From Clostridia bacterium (GTDB taxonomy: Bacteria > Bacillota > Clostridia > Oscillospirales > CAG-272), in the NCBI GenBank assembly GCA_017461745.1, contig JAFTXE010000078.1, positions 30,282-94,281 on the forward strand: DNA of 64,000 bases. Reading direction: 5' to 3'. The stretch's first letter is position 1. The number at the start of each line of letters is the position of its first letter. Positions 54,442 through 63,482 of the stretch are shown piece by piece. A model generated the notes under the pieces. The model saw only the letters and a list, made by a program, of their open reading frames with translations. It had not been told where the DNA came from and made no database searches. The translations under genes were made by a program, and so were the position numbers.

Positions 54442-54479
54442 CGACTGCTTGACTTTTTAAAGTTGAGCAGTCCTTTTTT
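54442..54479 (+). terminator. Intrinsic terminator of the pot operon
   Basis: CGACTGCTTGAC-loop-GTTGAGCAGTCC followed by TTTTTT. Confidence 0.8.
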
Positions 54480-54518
54480 GTTTTTATATACTTTTTTTGA
54501 CAGTTTTCAAATAAGGGG

Positions 54519-54547
54519 TTGCAATTTAATAAAAAATGTGTTATAAT
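54519..54547 (+). promoter_or_regulatory. Sigma-A promoter of the small ORF
   Basis: TTGCAA, 17 nt, TGTTATAAT. Confidence 0.55.
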
Positions 54548-54589
54548 ATAAGGTGAACAAGATAATTTAAAAGAAAGGACAATATCACG

Positions 54590-54823
54590 ATGAAAAAGAT
54601 TATTTGCAAGGTTGAATACAATACCGAAGCATCCGAGCTTCTTCTTAAGAAGACCGTAGGTAATTTCGGTGATGCAGACGGATACGAGGAAAGCCTCTAT
54701 GTAACCGCTGACGGCAAGTACTTCCTTTACACCAACGGTGGCGAGGAGTCTCCCTATGCTAAGGAAGATATCAAGCGTATGTCCAAGGTGAAGGCTGACG
54801 AGTGGCTTGCAGCTAACGCTTAA
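54590..54823 (+). CDS. Small hypothetical protein, 77 aa
   Basis: It has its own promoter, RBS (AAAGGA) and terminator. The sequence is acidic and soluble. No motif recognised. Confidence 0.55.
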   Translation: MKKIICKVEYNTEASELLLKKTVGNFGDADGYEESLYVTADGKYFLYTNGGEESPYAKEDIKRMSKVKADEWLAANA

Positions 54824-54835
54824 TTTCCAATACAT

Positions 54836-54870
54836 AAAAAATCGCGTGAATTTTTTCACGCGATTTTTTG
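54836..54870. terminator. Bidirectional intrinsic terminator
   Basis: AAAAAATCGCGTGAA-TTTT-TTCACGCGATTTTTT. Confidence 0.88.
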
Positions 54871-54871
54871 T

Positions 54872-55723
54872 TTATTTCTTCATTCCAAAGGTATCGGGGT
54901 CATGTCCTGAGCCAGCAAAGTATTCCATTGCGTTAATTGTTTCCATATCCTCGTCCGATATCTCAAAGTCAAATACCTTGGCGTTTTCTCTTATTCTTGA
55001 AGGCGTTACCGACTTTGGAAGCGGCAGTACTCCGTTTTGAATACACCAACGAATACAAAGCTGAGCTACCGTTTTACCGTATTTCTCGGCAAACGCCATA
55101 AGTGTTTGATTTGTAAGCATCTTTCCTCGTCCCAAGGGTCCCCACGCTTCAACGAAAATATTATGCTTACGGCAATATTCAAGCGTATCTGCCTGCATCT
55201 GACCGGGATGAAATTCTATCTGGTTAACCATAGGAGCAACCTCTGAATTTACAAGAGCTTCAAGATGGTGCGGCTGAAAATTGGAAACTCCGATAGCTTT
55301 GATTTTTCCCGCACGATACAACTCAGTCATTGCTTTCCACGTCGATAGATTTACAGCATTGTAATCGTCATACTGCAAGGGTGAAGCAGGCCAATGTATA
55401 AGGTACAAATCAAGATAATCAAGCTTAAGATCAGCAAGCGTTTTCTCAAACGCCTTCATGGTCTTATCGTATCCTCTGTCGTCGTTCCACACCTTACTCG
55501 TTACAAAAATTTCTTCTCTATTTATTCCCGACGCAATTATTCCGTTCCCAACGCCGTTTTCGTTTTCATAGCGTGACGCTGTATCGATATGTCTATATCC
55601 TATGGAAATTGCGGTTTTCACAGCCTCTTCAGCCATTTCCTCGGTCGTTAACCACGTGCCGTAGCCAACACACGGAATTTTAACCCCGTTATTTAAAATA
55701 AATCCGTCCTTTAATCCGTTCAT
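54872..55723 (-). CDS. Aldo/keto reductase (2,5-diketo-D-gluconate reductase-like)
   Basis: GYRHIDTA..Y.NE, LDYLDLYLIHWP and the pattern of the C-terminal IPKS-type motif (LPKSVTPSRI). Confidence 0.88.
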   Translation of the reverse strand: MNGLKDGFILNNGVKIPCVGYGTWLTTEEMAEEAVKTAISIGYRHIDTASRYENENGVGNGIIASGINREEIFVTSKVWNDDRGYDKTMKAFEKTLADLKLDYLDLYLIHWPASPLQYDDYNAVNLSTWKAMTELYRAGKIKAIGVSNFQPHHLEALVNSEVAPMVNQIEFHPGQMQADTLEYCRKHNIFVEAWGPLGRGKMLTNQTLMAFAEKYGKTVAQLCIRWCIQNGVLPLPKSVTPSRIRENAKVFDFEISDEDMETINAMEYFAGSGHDPDTFGMKK

Positions 55724-55887
55724 TTCATCAACCCTCCTTATATATTTATTATATCACAACGTTATCTTAAAGTCAATCTCAGACAGTTATTTCTATATAT
55801 TTTTGGGTCAAAATCATTTATTTATCAAGGGTTTCTTTTTTCTCGGTAAAAAGAAAGCAAAATTCTTTAAAAAACTTGTTTTTTGTA

Positions 55888-55916
55888 TTGACATTCAAGT
55901 AATAAAGTGCTATAAT
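55888..55916 (+). promoter_or_regulatory. Sigma-A promoter of the antiporter gene
   Basis: TTGACA, 17 nt, TGCTATAAT. Confidence 0.6.
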
Positions 55917-55955
55917 TTCAAAGGTGAATTTTTAGTTATAATTTTGGAGGATGTC

Positions 55956-57281
55956 ATGGAGACATTATTAAGCTTATCAATCGCACTTTTCGTCGGACTT
56001 ATGCTATCGCGACTTGCAAAGCTCGCAAAGCTCCCTGCCGTTACCGCATATCTTGTTGCAGGTATTCTCGTAGGCCCGTATTTACTTGGCTCTTTCGGAA
56101 TACACGGTCTTGGATTCGTAAGCATGGACGACGTAGGTACATATTCTTTACTCTCTGACGTTGCGCTTGGATTCATAGCATTTTCAATAGGCAATGAGTT
56201 CAGACTGTCCCAACTCAAGCAAACGGGAAAGCAAGCAATGATTATAGGCATAGTTCAGGCAGTATTTACAACACTCTTGGTTGACGCCGTCCTTATTGCG
56301 CTTCACTTCGCTATGCCCGACAAGCTTCCCCTTCCCACAGCTATCGTACTCGGCGCTGTTGCATCGGCAACCGCTCCCGCGGCAACCTTGATGGTAGTTC
56401 GTCAGTACAAGGCTAAGGGTCCACTCACAAATCTCTTGCTTCCTATAGTAGCGCTTGACGACGCTGTCGGACTTATTCTTTTTGCTACGTCCTTCGGAGT
56501 TGCCAAGGCTCTCATTTCGGGTAGTGTTGACATTATTTCCGTAGTAGTTGAGCCCATTATAGAGGTCGTTGGTTCTTTGGCTCTCGGAGCTATCATGGGT
56601 CTGCTGTTTACCTTCTTCGAGAAATTCTTCCATTCAAGATCAAAGCGTCTTTCTATGTCGGTTACCTTCGTATTCCTCACGGTTGCTTTTTCAATGCTTA
56701 AATTTGAGGTATTCGGTATCCACGTTTCCTTCTCTTCTCTTCTCGTTTGCATGATGCTCGGTACGGTCTTCTGCAATGCTTGTGACTTTTCCGAGGAGCT
56801 TATGGACAGAGTTGACCGTTGGACAGCTCCCCTATTCGTCTTATTCTTCGTTATAAGCGGCGCTCAGCTTGAGCTTTCGGTATTCACCGACCTTGCGATA
56901 GTCCTTATCGGTGTAGTTTATATCATAGCACGTTCCGCAGGAAAATACTTCGGTGCGTTTACCAGCGCTAAAGCCACTAAGTGCAGCAATAGCATTGTAA
57001 AATACCTTGGAATAACGCTTCTTCCACAAGCGGGTGTTGCGCTTGGAATGGCGATAAAGGCTGAGCAGGAGCTTGGAGAGTACGGCTCTATGATCGCAAA
57101 TATTACTCTGTTCGCTGTACTTATTTATGAGCTTGTAGGACCTATGCTTACAAAAATATCTCTTCTCAAGGCGGGTGAAATTCAGCCCGAGGGCGCTGTC
57201 AGCGCACGTGAGGAGGCTCGCAAAGCAACGGAGCATAAGCACCTCGGAATTCATTTCCATCACAATAATCCCCAGCAATAA
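55956..57281 (+). CDS. Cation:proton antiporter (CPA2/Kef-type membrane domain)
   Basis: About 12 TM segments. The N-terminus SIALFVGLMLSRLAKLAKLPAVTAYLVAGILVGP is typical of Na+/H+ exchanger family proteins. ATG at 55956 (GGAGG RBS). Confidence 0.8.
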   Translation: METLLSLSIALFVGLMLSRLAKLAKLPAVTAYLVAGILVGPYLLGSFGIHGLGFVSMDDVGTYSLLSDVALGFIAFSIGNEFRLSQLKQTGKQAMIIGIVQAVFTTLLVDAVLIALHFAMPDKLPLPTAIVLGAVASATAPAATLMVVRQYKAKGPLTNLLLPIVALDDAVGLILFATSFGVAKALISGSVDIISVVVEPIIEVVGSLALGAIMGLLFTFFEKFFHSRSKRLSMSVTFVFLTVAFSMLKFEVFGIHVSFSSLLVCMMLGTVFCNACDFSEELMDRVDRWTAPLFVLFFVISGAQLELSVFTDLAIVLIGVVYIIARSAGKYFGAFTSAKATKCSNSIVKYLGITLLPQAGVALGMAIKAEQELGEYGSMIANITLFAVLIYELVGPMLTKISLLKAGEIQPEGAVSAREEARKATEHKHLGIHFHHNNPQQ

Positions 57282-57291
57282 ATAACATAAT

Positions 57292-57332
57292 AAAACGGAG
57301 CTGAATCATTACCTTGATTTAGCTCCGTTTTT
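57292..57332 (+). terminator. Intrinsic terminator of the antiporter gene; it is also the left cap of repeat element B
   Basis: ACGGAGCTGAATCA-TTACCT-TGATTTAGCTCCGT followed by TTTT. Confidence 0.8.
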
Positions 57333-57606
57333 ATTGTTTAAATCATGATTTGTAGGAGTTGCGAGGATGCGATTTCCGCTTTTTTTGAAAAAAAGCTTGG
57401 CAAAAAACTTCCTTGCACGGTGGTAGCCCTTAAAACTGTTCTTAAAATATATATGTATTACAAAGGGCTACCGCCATGCAAGAAAGCTTTTGCGGAGCTT
57501 TTCTCGAAAAGCGACAACGCGTCCTCCGCAGCCCTGACAAATCATAATTTAAAAATACATATCAAAAAACATATGGGAGCTGAGTCGGGTTAATGACTCA
57601 GCTCCC
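57292..57606. repeat. Hairpin-capped palindromic (MITE-like) intergenic element, copy B; almost fully self-complementary
   Basis: Caps at 57295-57328 and 57575-57606. Inverted repeats AAATCATGATTTGT (57340-57353) and ACAAATCATAATTT (57537-57550). Nested palindromes throughout. The termini are homologous to 13857-14303. Confidence 0.6.
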
Positions 57607-57611
57607 TATTT

Positions 57612-58277
57612 TTAGTCTTTCTTTTTTATATAAGAAATATTGCTTACCACAGTTGCCGCTATGGCGGTAATTATTATCTCGGGTATCATATAAAGTCCGT
57701 TGTAGAATATGGAATAAATAAGCGCAAGTCCCTTGCCGCTGAAAGTGCCCAATATCTTTTCGCCTATTGCGTAAAAGCCCTCCTGCGAGAAGAACCATTC
57801 CGCCCATGCACCGTAAAAGATATATCCTGAGATAATATGACATACGTATCTCAAAGACAGCGCTACGATTACGCCAAGAACTATCGCAAGCATCTTATTT
57901 TTTATACGGTTTCGGAATATTCCCCCCACGCCAAGCACGGTATACGCAATAATATAATCTATTATGATTATCGCAAACGCCGCGCCAAGTCCCATGTAAT
58001 CATCGGATGACGGAGTGAATAAGAGAAGTACCGTTTTACCCATTACAAGCGATATTAGCATTTGTATAACGGAATACGCAAATGATACGAACATTCCCCA
58101 TCTTACTCCGTACATATACGACACGATTACGATGGGTAGCATACTCGCCACGGTAAAGCCTCCGCCAAACGGCATACTGAGGAAAGGAATAAATTCGCAT
58201 ACGAGCGCAAGCACTGTCGCAAACGCCAGCATGACAGCTGACAAGGTCAGCCTTTGTGTCTTTTGTGTGGATTTCAT
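57612..58277 (-). CDS. thiT: ECF-transporter S component for thiamine (ThiT/YuaJ-like)
   Basis: Six TM segments in 221 aa, directly downstream of a TPP riboswitch. GGAGG RBS. Confidence 0.75.
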   Translation of the reverse strand: MKSTQKTQRLTLSAVMLAFATVLALVCEFIPFLSMPFGGGFTVASMLPIVIVSYMYGVRWGMFVSFAYSVIQMLISLVMGKTVLLLFTPSSDDYMGLGAAFAIIIIDYIIAYTVLGVGGIFRNRIKNKMLAIVLGVIVALSLRYVCHIISGYIFYGAWAEWFFSQEGFYAIGEKILGTFSGKGLALIYSIFYNGLYMIPEIIITAIAATVVSNISYIKKKD

Positions 58278-58304
58278 ACCAACACCTCCAAAATAAAAGT
58301 ATAC

Positions 58305-58465
58305 GAAAACCGCACGGAAATCTCCGTGCGGTTGAATTTTTATCCGTATCTTTTATTGACACTCGGAAAAGCAATCTCCCTACGCCGGCATTATCCGTAT
58401 CAGGTTAAAGGGTTCAGCTTTCGCCATCTCAGCCATAATAGGCACCCCCGATTTCTATGCGGTTT
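58305..58465 (-). promoter_or_regulatory. TPP (THI-box) riboswitch with terminator expression platform
   Basis: Minus strand: GGGGTGCC..GCTGAGA..ACCCTTTAACCTGATACGGATAATGCCGGCGTAGGGA, followed by AACCGCACGGAGATTTCCGTGCGGTTTTCG. Confidence 0.9.
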
Positions 58466-58475
58466 TACATAGCAA

Positions 58476-58504
58476 ATTATACCACAGATCCGCACATATG
58501 TCAA
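58476..58504 (-). promoter_or_regulatory. Sigma-A promoter of the TPP riboswitch-thiT unit
   Basis: Minus strand: TTGACA, 17 nt, TGGTATAAT. Confidence 0.6.
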
Positions 58505-58518
58505 TAGCTTTTATAAAA

Positions 58519-59868
58519 TCAATAATTATAATTTGCGCCTACGGTCTTCATGCTCACCGATTTGAGCAGTTCTTCATCTATAACGATATCCTCCTTATAT
58601 TTCGCAAGATATTCGTCAAGCAGTTCATTTTTCAGTGAGGATAAGAAGCTATAGCTTCCATCGCTTGACATAAAGAAGGTCTCGTTTTTCTCGTCGGCAT
58701 ATCCGCCCTTATCAAGCTCATATTTCATTACTATATGAATACCGTATTCGGATTCGACTCTTCTTATCTCTCCCTCTTCCATTTCAAATAGCGCCTTCAC
58801 TACCTCGGGAGAATCATAATCGCTGTTTTTAGTAAGATAGTAGCCATTGGGATAATTAGTCATTCCCTCGTCCTCGCCGTATTCCTCGACGAGCTTATCG
58901 AAAAGTGCGTATTCTCCCTCTCTCGCCTCGGTCTCCATAATGATTTGAACCTTATCCGAAAGCTTTATCAGCTCATCCTTGGAAAGCTCTCGTGTTAGCA
59001 CGTTGCCCTTTTCATCAAGAATGGGATTTCTCTGTGAGGGCTGCTCAGCCGTTCCCTTTTCGTCGTAAGAAACTCTCTCCTTGCCACCTTCATCTGTGTA
59101 CACCCAGACTATATCTCCTTTGGAGTCCTTAACTACGTTGCCATCGGCGTCGGTCTTCTTTTTAACTCCCTCTCGGTCGTCGTCATAAGCTATCTTTTTT
59201 GCCGTAATATCCGAATAATAAATGGTATCTCCGTTTTCATCGGTCTCGTAAACCGCTTCGGTGGTAAAGAAGAATATATGTCTGAACTTTACGTAATTAT
59301 TCTGATAATATTCTTCGTAATTTTCTGCGGATATCAAAGAACCGTCAGCACCGAAGAGGTGGTCGTTAAGATACGCTATCTTAGCTTCCATGATATAAGC
59401 CTCGCGGAGTATCTTGATATTTGCTCCAAACTCTGAGAGAACGGTGTTGAGATAGGTCTTTGAGCCCTCTCCGTCGGTATCTATAAGTCTCTGTATCTCA
59501 TCGTCTATTTCGTCGACGGTCTCATCGGGAAGCTTCAGGTCAAGCTCGTCAAAAAGATAGAGTGCGGCAAGATAAGTCTTTGCGTTATCCACCACCATAT
59601 CCGTATAATACTCGTTATACGTCTTTCCCGTTGAAGCATCCATAACGGTATCCCAGAAGGAGTCGTTAAGCGCCTTAGTACCAAAAGCGTAGCCCGATGC
59701 GAGATTGCCCTTCATTCTTGACATCAGAAGCATCAGCATATTCACCGTGATATCCTCGCCCTCAAGCTCCATGACCTTTTTTCCTCTTGAGGAGCAGCCC
59801 GCAACGCAGGAGAGAATAAGCATACATGAAAGTGTTAGTACAAGTATTTTTTTCAGTAATGCCTTCAT
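58519..59868 (-). CDS. Lipoprotein, PrsA/SurA-like peptidyl-prolyl isomerase (parvulin-type) foldase
   Basis: Lipobox SCVAGC. Long SurA-N-like region, with a parvulin-like segment near the C-terminus (SEYGIHIVMKYE). In the conserved position after mfd. Confidence 0.6.
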   Translation of the reverse strand: MKALLKKILVLTLSCMLILSCVAGCSSRGKKVMELEGEDITVNMLMLLMSRMKGNLASGYAFGTKALNDSFWDTVMDASTGKTYNEYYTDMVVDNAKTYLAALYLFDELDLKLPDETVDEIDDEIQRLIDTDGEGSKTYLNTVLSEFGANIKILREAYIMEAKIAYLNDHLFGADGSLISAENYEEYYQNNYVKFRHIFFFTTEAVYETDENGDTIYYSDITAKKIAYDDDREGVKKKTDADGNVVKDSKGDIVWVYTDEGGKERVSYDEKGTAEQPSQRNPILDEKGNVLTRELSKDELIKLSDKVQIIMETEAREGEYALFDKLVEEYGEDEGMTNYPNGYYLTKNSDYDSPEVVKALFEMEEGEIRRVESEYGIHIVMKYELDKGGYADEKNETFFMSSDGSYSFLSSLKNELLDEYLAKYKEDIVIDEELLKSVSMKTVGANYNY

Positions 59869-59885
59869 TTAATATTTCCTTTCTT

Positions 59886-62800
59886 TTACGGGGTATCCCC
59901 GTTTTCCTTTATTATTTCGCAATATCTGTCGAACATCTTAAGAAGAAGCTCGGGAATATTATCGCCCGATTGCTTTTTGAAATTAACAGTTGGGTTATCT
60001 CCGCCGCTGAGTCTTAACCTTCCTCTGAATTCGTTTGAAAGCTCGTGCCAGACGAGATAATCAACGTAGTTGCATTTTATCTTGACTATGCTCTGCTCTT
60101 CAATGATAGAAATTATTCCGCAGCGCTGAGCCGCCGATTTAACGAGCGCCACCGTAAGCAGATTAGTTACCGATTTTGGCGCTTCTCCGTATCTGTCTAT
60201 CAATTCGTCGAGAACATCCTCTCTGTCCTCCTCGCACTCGATAGCGGCTATCTTTTTATAAAGCCCCATTCTCTGCGCGGATTGCTTTACGTATCTATCT
60301 GGAATGTACGCATCGCATTTGAGCGTTACGGTACATTCTATCTTTTCGGGTATTTTTTCTCCGCGTTCTTCAAGCACCGCTTCGTTAAGCAGCTTGATAT
60401 ACAGCTCATATCCAACGGCGTCAAGATGTCCGTGCTGTTCAGAGCCGAGCAGATTTCCCGCGCCTCTTATTTCAAGGTCACGAATGGCTATCTTAAAGCC
60501 CGCGCCGAATTCGGCGTAGTCTCTTATGGCTTCAAGTCGTTTTGCGGCGACCTCGGTTACCGTTTTATCTCTCGGATAGGTAAAGTATGCGTAAGCTCTT
60601 CTTGCCGAACGACCGACACGTCCTCTTATCTGATGAAGCTGTGAAAGTCCGAGGCGCTGAGAGTTTTCCACGATAAGCGTATTGGCGTTTGGAATATCTA
60701 CGCCCGTTTCGATTATAGTAGTGCAGACGAGTATATCTATCTCGCCCTTAAGCATATCCTCCCATATCTCCTCAAGTCTGTCCTTATCCATCTTTCCGTG
60801 CGCCACGGTTATTCTTGCCTCAGGGATAGCCCTTGCGAGCTTTGCCGCGCATCCGTCTATGCTCTCGACAATATTGTAGAGATAGAATACCTGACCGCCG
60901 CGCCTAAGCTCTCTGCGAATAGCTTCTATGATTATCAGCTCGTCGTGCTCAAGAACATAAGTCTGAACGGGAAGTCTGTCCCCCGGCGCTTCGTCAAGAA
61001 CGGATATATCTCTTATACCTCCGAGCGCCATATTAAGCGTTCTCGGTATGGGAGTTGCCGTAAGAGTCAGCACGTCGATATTTCCCGACATCTGCTTGAG
61101 TCTTTCCTTATGGGTCACTCCAAAACGCTGTTCCTCATCTATAATAAGCAAGCCGAGATTTTTAAATTCAATATCCTTGGAAACAAGTCTATGAGTACCG
61201 ATAATAATATCGGTATTTCCGTTTTTAAGATTACGAAGAGATTGAGATTGCTGTTTGGTGGTTCTGAATCTCGATATCATATCAACGGTCACGGGCAACG
61301 TGCGCATACGTGCGCAGAACGTCTGGTAATGCTGTAGCGCAAGTATGGTAGTAGGCACGAGAACCGCTACCTGCTTTCCGCCAAGCACTGCCTTGTACGC
61401 CGCGCGCATAGCCACCTCCGTCTTACCGAAGCCTACGTCTCCGCACAGAAGTCTGTCCATAGGTACGCTTGACATCATATCCTTCTTAATATCTTCAATA
61501 GCGTCAAGCTGTCCGTCGGTCTCCTCAAATTCAAACGCCGCCTCAAAATCAGCCTGCATATCGTCGTCGGGTGGAAATGCGTAGCCCGGACGTCTGCTTC
61601 TCTCAGCGTAAAGCTGTATAAGCTCCTTAGCTATATCCTTGACGGCCGCCTTGGCTTTAGCCTTTGCTCTTCCCCATTCCGTGCCCCCGAACTTTGACAA
61701 TCTTACAAGTCCGTCATCCGCGTGCGCGCCTATATATTTGGACACCATATCAAGCTTATCTACGGGCAGAAACAGTCTATCGCTTCCCGCGTAATGAATA
61801 TTGATATAGTCACGGCTGACACCGTCAACCGTTAGGTTCTCAATTCCCATATACTGTCCGATACCGTGTATCTCGTGTACGACGTAGTCGCCGACCTCAA
61901 GGTCGTTATAGGACAGAATTGCCTCTGTTCCGCTTCTCTTTTTCTTCTTTTTCTTGACGAGTCCGCCCGCGGCAAGTGCGCCCTCGCGGCTTTCGGGACA
62001 AACGGTAAGCACGGCGATTTTGGGAGTTGTCAGCTCGTATCCCTTAACGTACTGCTTCCAGCGTATAAGAACTACAGATTTCGGAAGTGCGTCTATCGTA
62101 TATTCGCCCGACTCTGCCTCAGGTATCGCGCGGATATCTCTGTCGGCAAGCATTTCGCAAAGGTTCTTTGCCGATGCTTCATTCTCGGCGGTAACTATAA
62201 TTCTGTAACCCGTTCTCTTATACGATGCTATATCCTCGCAAAGCAAGTCAAGGTTTTCGCAATACGATACCATATGCTTACTTCTGAAGCTGAACATGCC
62301 TCCGAGCCTTTTGCCCGAAAGTCCCTGACCCAATGATTCAAAATATACGACCGAGCTGAGCGACAGGAAATTTTCAAGATACGGCTGTCTTTGGGTATAA
62401 TCGGTATACTTGGGATTTATCGTCCCCCCCTCAAGTAGCTCCTCAATAGTTTGGTTTATATGCCACTCGGACGCTTTTATTCTATCAAGGCAAGCGGTAA
62501 TTCCCTTCATAAACACCGTACTCTGCCTTGAAAAATAATCAAGAAGGCAGGTCTTTTCGGGATATATCAGAGTAATATATTTATCGAGAAAATTAAGCTC
62601 TGTGCCGCTATCTATGGCAAGAAGCTCCGAGCGCATCTCCGAGACTGCTCTTTCGTCCTTGCTTTTCTTTATCCATGCGTCAACCGCCGCCCTGAGCTCT
62701 TTTCTTTTTTCTTCGCTTACGAGAAGCTCTCTTGCGGGAGAAAATTCTACTTTATTAAGCGCCACGGTCATACGCTGAGTTTCGGCGTCAAATATCTCCA

Positions 62801-63467
62801 TTCGGTCTATTTCGTCGCCGAAAAGCTCAATTCTGAAGGGCTTTGAGTCCACGATGACGTTGCCGTCTATATCGCAAAATCTTGCGCTTGACGGATAAAC
62901 GTCAATAATTCCTCCTCGAAGCGCAAATTGCCCCGCCCCCGTTACAAGCTCGGTGCGGACATAGCCTATGCTTACGAGTCTTTGAGCAAATTCCGAAGGC
63001 TCAATTACGGTGCTGTCAAAATCCACCGTTGTCATTGAGTTTATCAGCTTATCAGACGGCATTGTATATCCAAGAGCCGCATCGGGTGTCGTAACGACGG
63101 CGTCAAACGCTCCGTCAAGAAGTCCCGAAAGCACCTTTAGCCTCTCATGCTCATACTCATGGGAGGCGGTAATATTATAAAACGTAAGGTCTCTGCCCAT
63201 ATAAAAGGCGGCGCGTAAGCCGAACTGTCCAAGAAAATTCTTGATACGGATACATTCCTTTTCCTCGGGGCAAAGGATAAGAGCGGTACGCTTATCGAAT
63301 TTTTTAACGTCCTCAAGCAAAGAAGCAAAGCAGGCGTCCGTTGCGCCCTCGCACAGTCCCGTTACCGCAAGCGGAAGGGGGCGATTTGCGTTCTTTGAAT
63401 CGGCGACGGCTCGCAGAAGCTGACGGTATTCGCTGTCAGTTCTGAGCGTATCGGTTATTATATTCAT
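59886..63467 (-). CDS. mfd: Transcription-repair coupling factor
   Basis: UvrB-homology N-terminus, CarD/RID domain (GDYVVHEIHGIGQY), SF2 helicase motifs GDVGFGKTEVA, DEEQRFG and HQIRGRVGRS, and a TRG motif region. Confidence 0.95.
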   Translation of the reverse strand: MNIITDTLRTDSEYRQLLRAVADSKNANRPLPLAVTGLCEGATDACFASLLEDVKKFDKRTALILCPEEKECIRIKNFLGQFGLRAAFYMGRDLTFYNITASHEYEHERLKVLSGLLDGAFDAVVTTPDAALGYTMPSDKLINSMTTVDFDSTVIEPSEFAQRLVSIGYVRTELVTGAGQFALRGGIIDVYPSSARFCDIDGNVIVDSKPFRIELFGDEIDRMEIFDAETQRMTVALNKVEFSPARELLVSEEKRKELRAAVDAWIKKSKDERAVSEMRSELLAIDSGTELNFLDKYITLIYPEKTCLLDYFSRQSTVFMKGITACLDRIKASEWHINQTIEELLEGGTINPKYTDYTQRQPYLENFLSLSSVVYFESLGQGLSGKRLGGMFSFRSKHMVSYCENLDLLCEDIASYKRTGYRIIVTAENEASAKNLCEMLADRDIRAIPEAESGEYTIDALPKSVVLIRWKQYVKGYELTTPKIAVLTVCPESREGALAAGGLVKKKKKKRSGTEAILSYNDLEVGDYVVHEIHGIGQYMGIENLTVDGVSRDYINIHYAGSDRLFLPVDKLDMVSKYIGAHADDGLVRLSKFGGTEWGRAKAKAKAAVKDIAKELIQLYAERSRRPGYAFPPDDDMQADFEAAFEFEETDGQLDAIEDIKKDMMSSVPMDRLLCGDVGFGKTEVAMRAAYKAVLGGKQVAVLVPTTILALQHYQTFCARMRTLPVTVDMISRFRTTKQQSQSLRNLKNGNTDIIIGTHRLVSKDIEFKNLGLLIIDEEQRFGVTHKERLKQMSGNIDVLTLTATPIPRTLNMALGGIRDISVLDEAPGDRLPVQTYVLEHDELIIIEAIRRELRRGGQVFYLYNIVESIDGCAAKLARAIPEARITVAHGKMDKDRLEEIWEDMLKGEIDILVCTTIIETGVDIPNANTLIVENSQRLGLSQLHQIRGRVGRSARRAYAYFTYPRDKTVTEVAAKRLEAIRDYAEFGAGFKIAIRDLEIRGAGNLLGSEQHGHLDAVGYELYIKLLNEAVLEERGEKIPEKIECTVTLKCDAYIPDRYVKQSAQRMGLYKKIAAIECEEDREDVLDELIDRYGEAPKSVTNLLTVALVKSAAQRCGIISIIEEQSIVKIKCNYVDYLVWHELSNEFRGRLRLSGGDNPTVNFKKQSGDNIPELLLKMFDRYCEIIKENGDTP

Positions 63468-63482
63468 GTATATATGCCTTTC

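Noticed and set aside
57345-57593. 82-aa ORF (MICRSCEDAISAFF...) in the track
   Set aside because: It lies entirely inside palindromic repeat element B. It has no Shine-Dalgarno sequence, and its sequence is dictated by nested hairpins. I treat it as a non-coding artefact.
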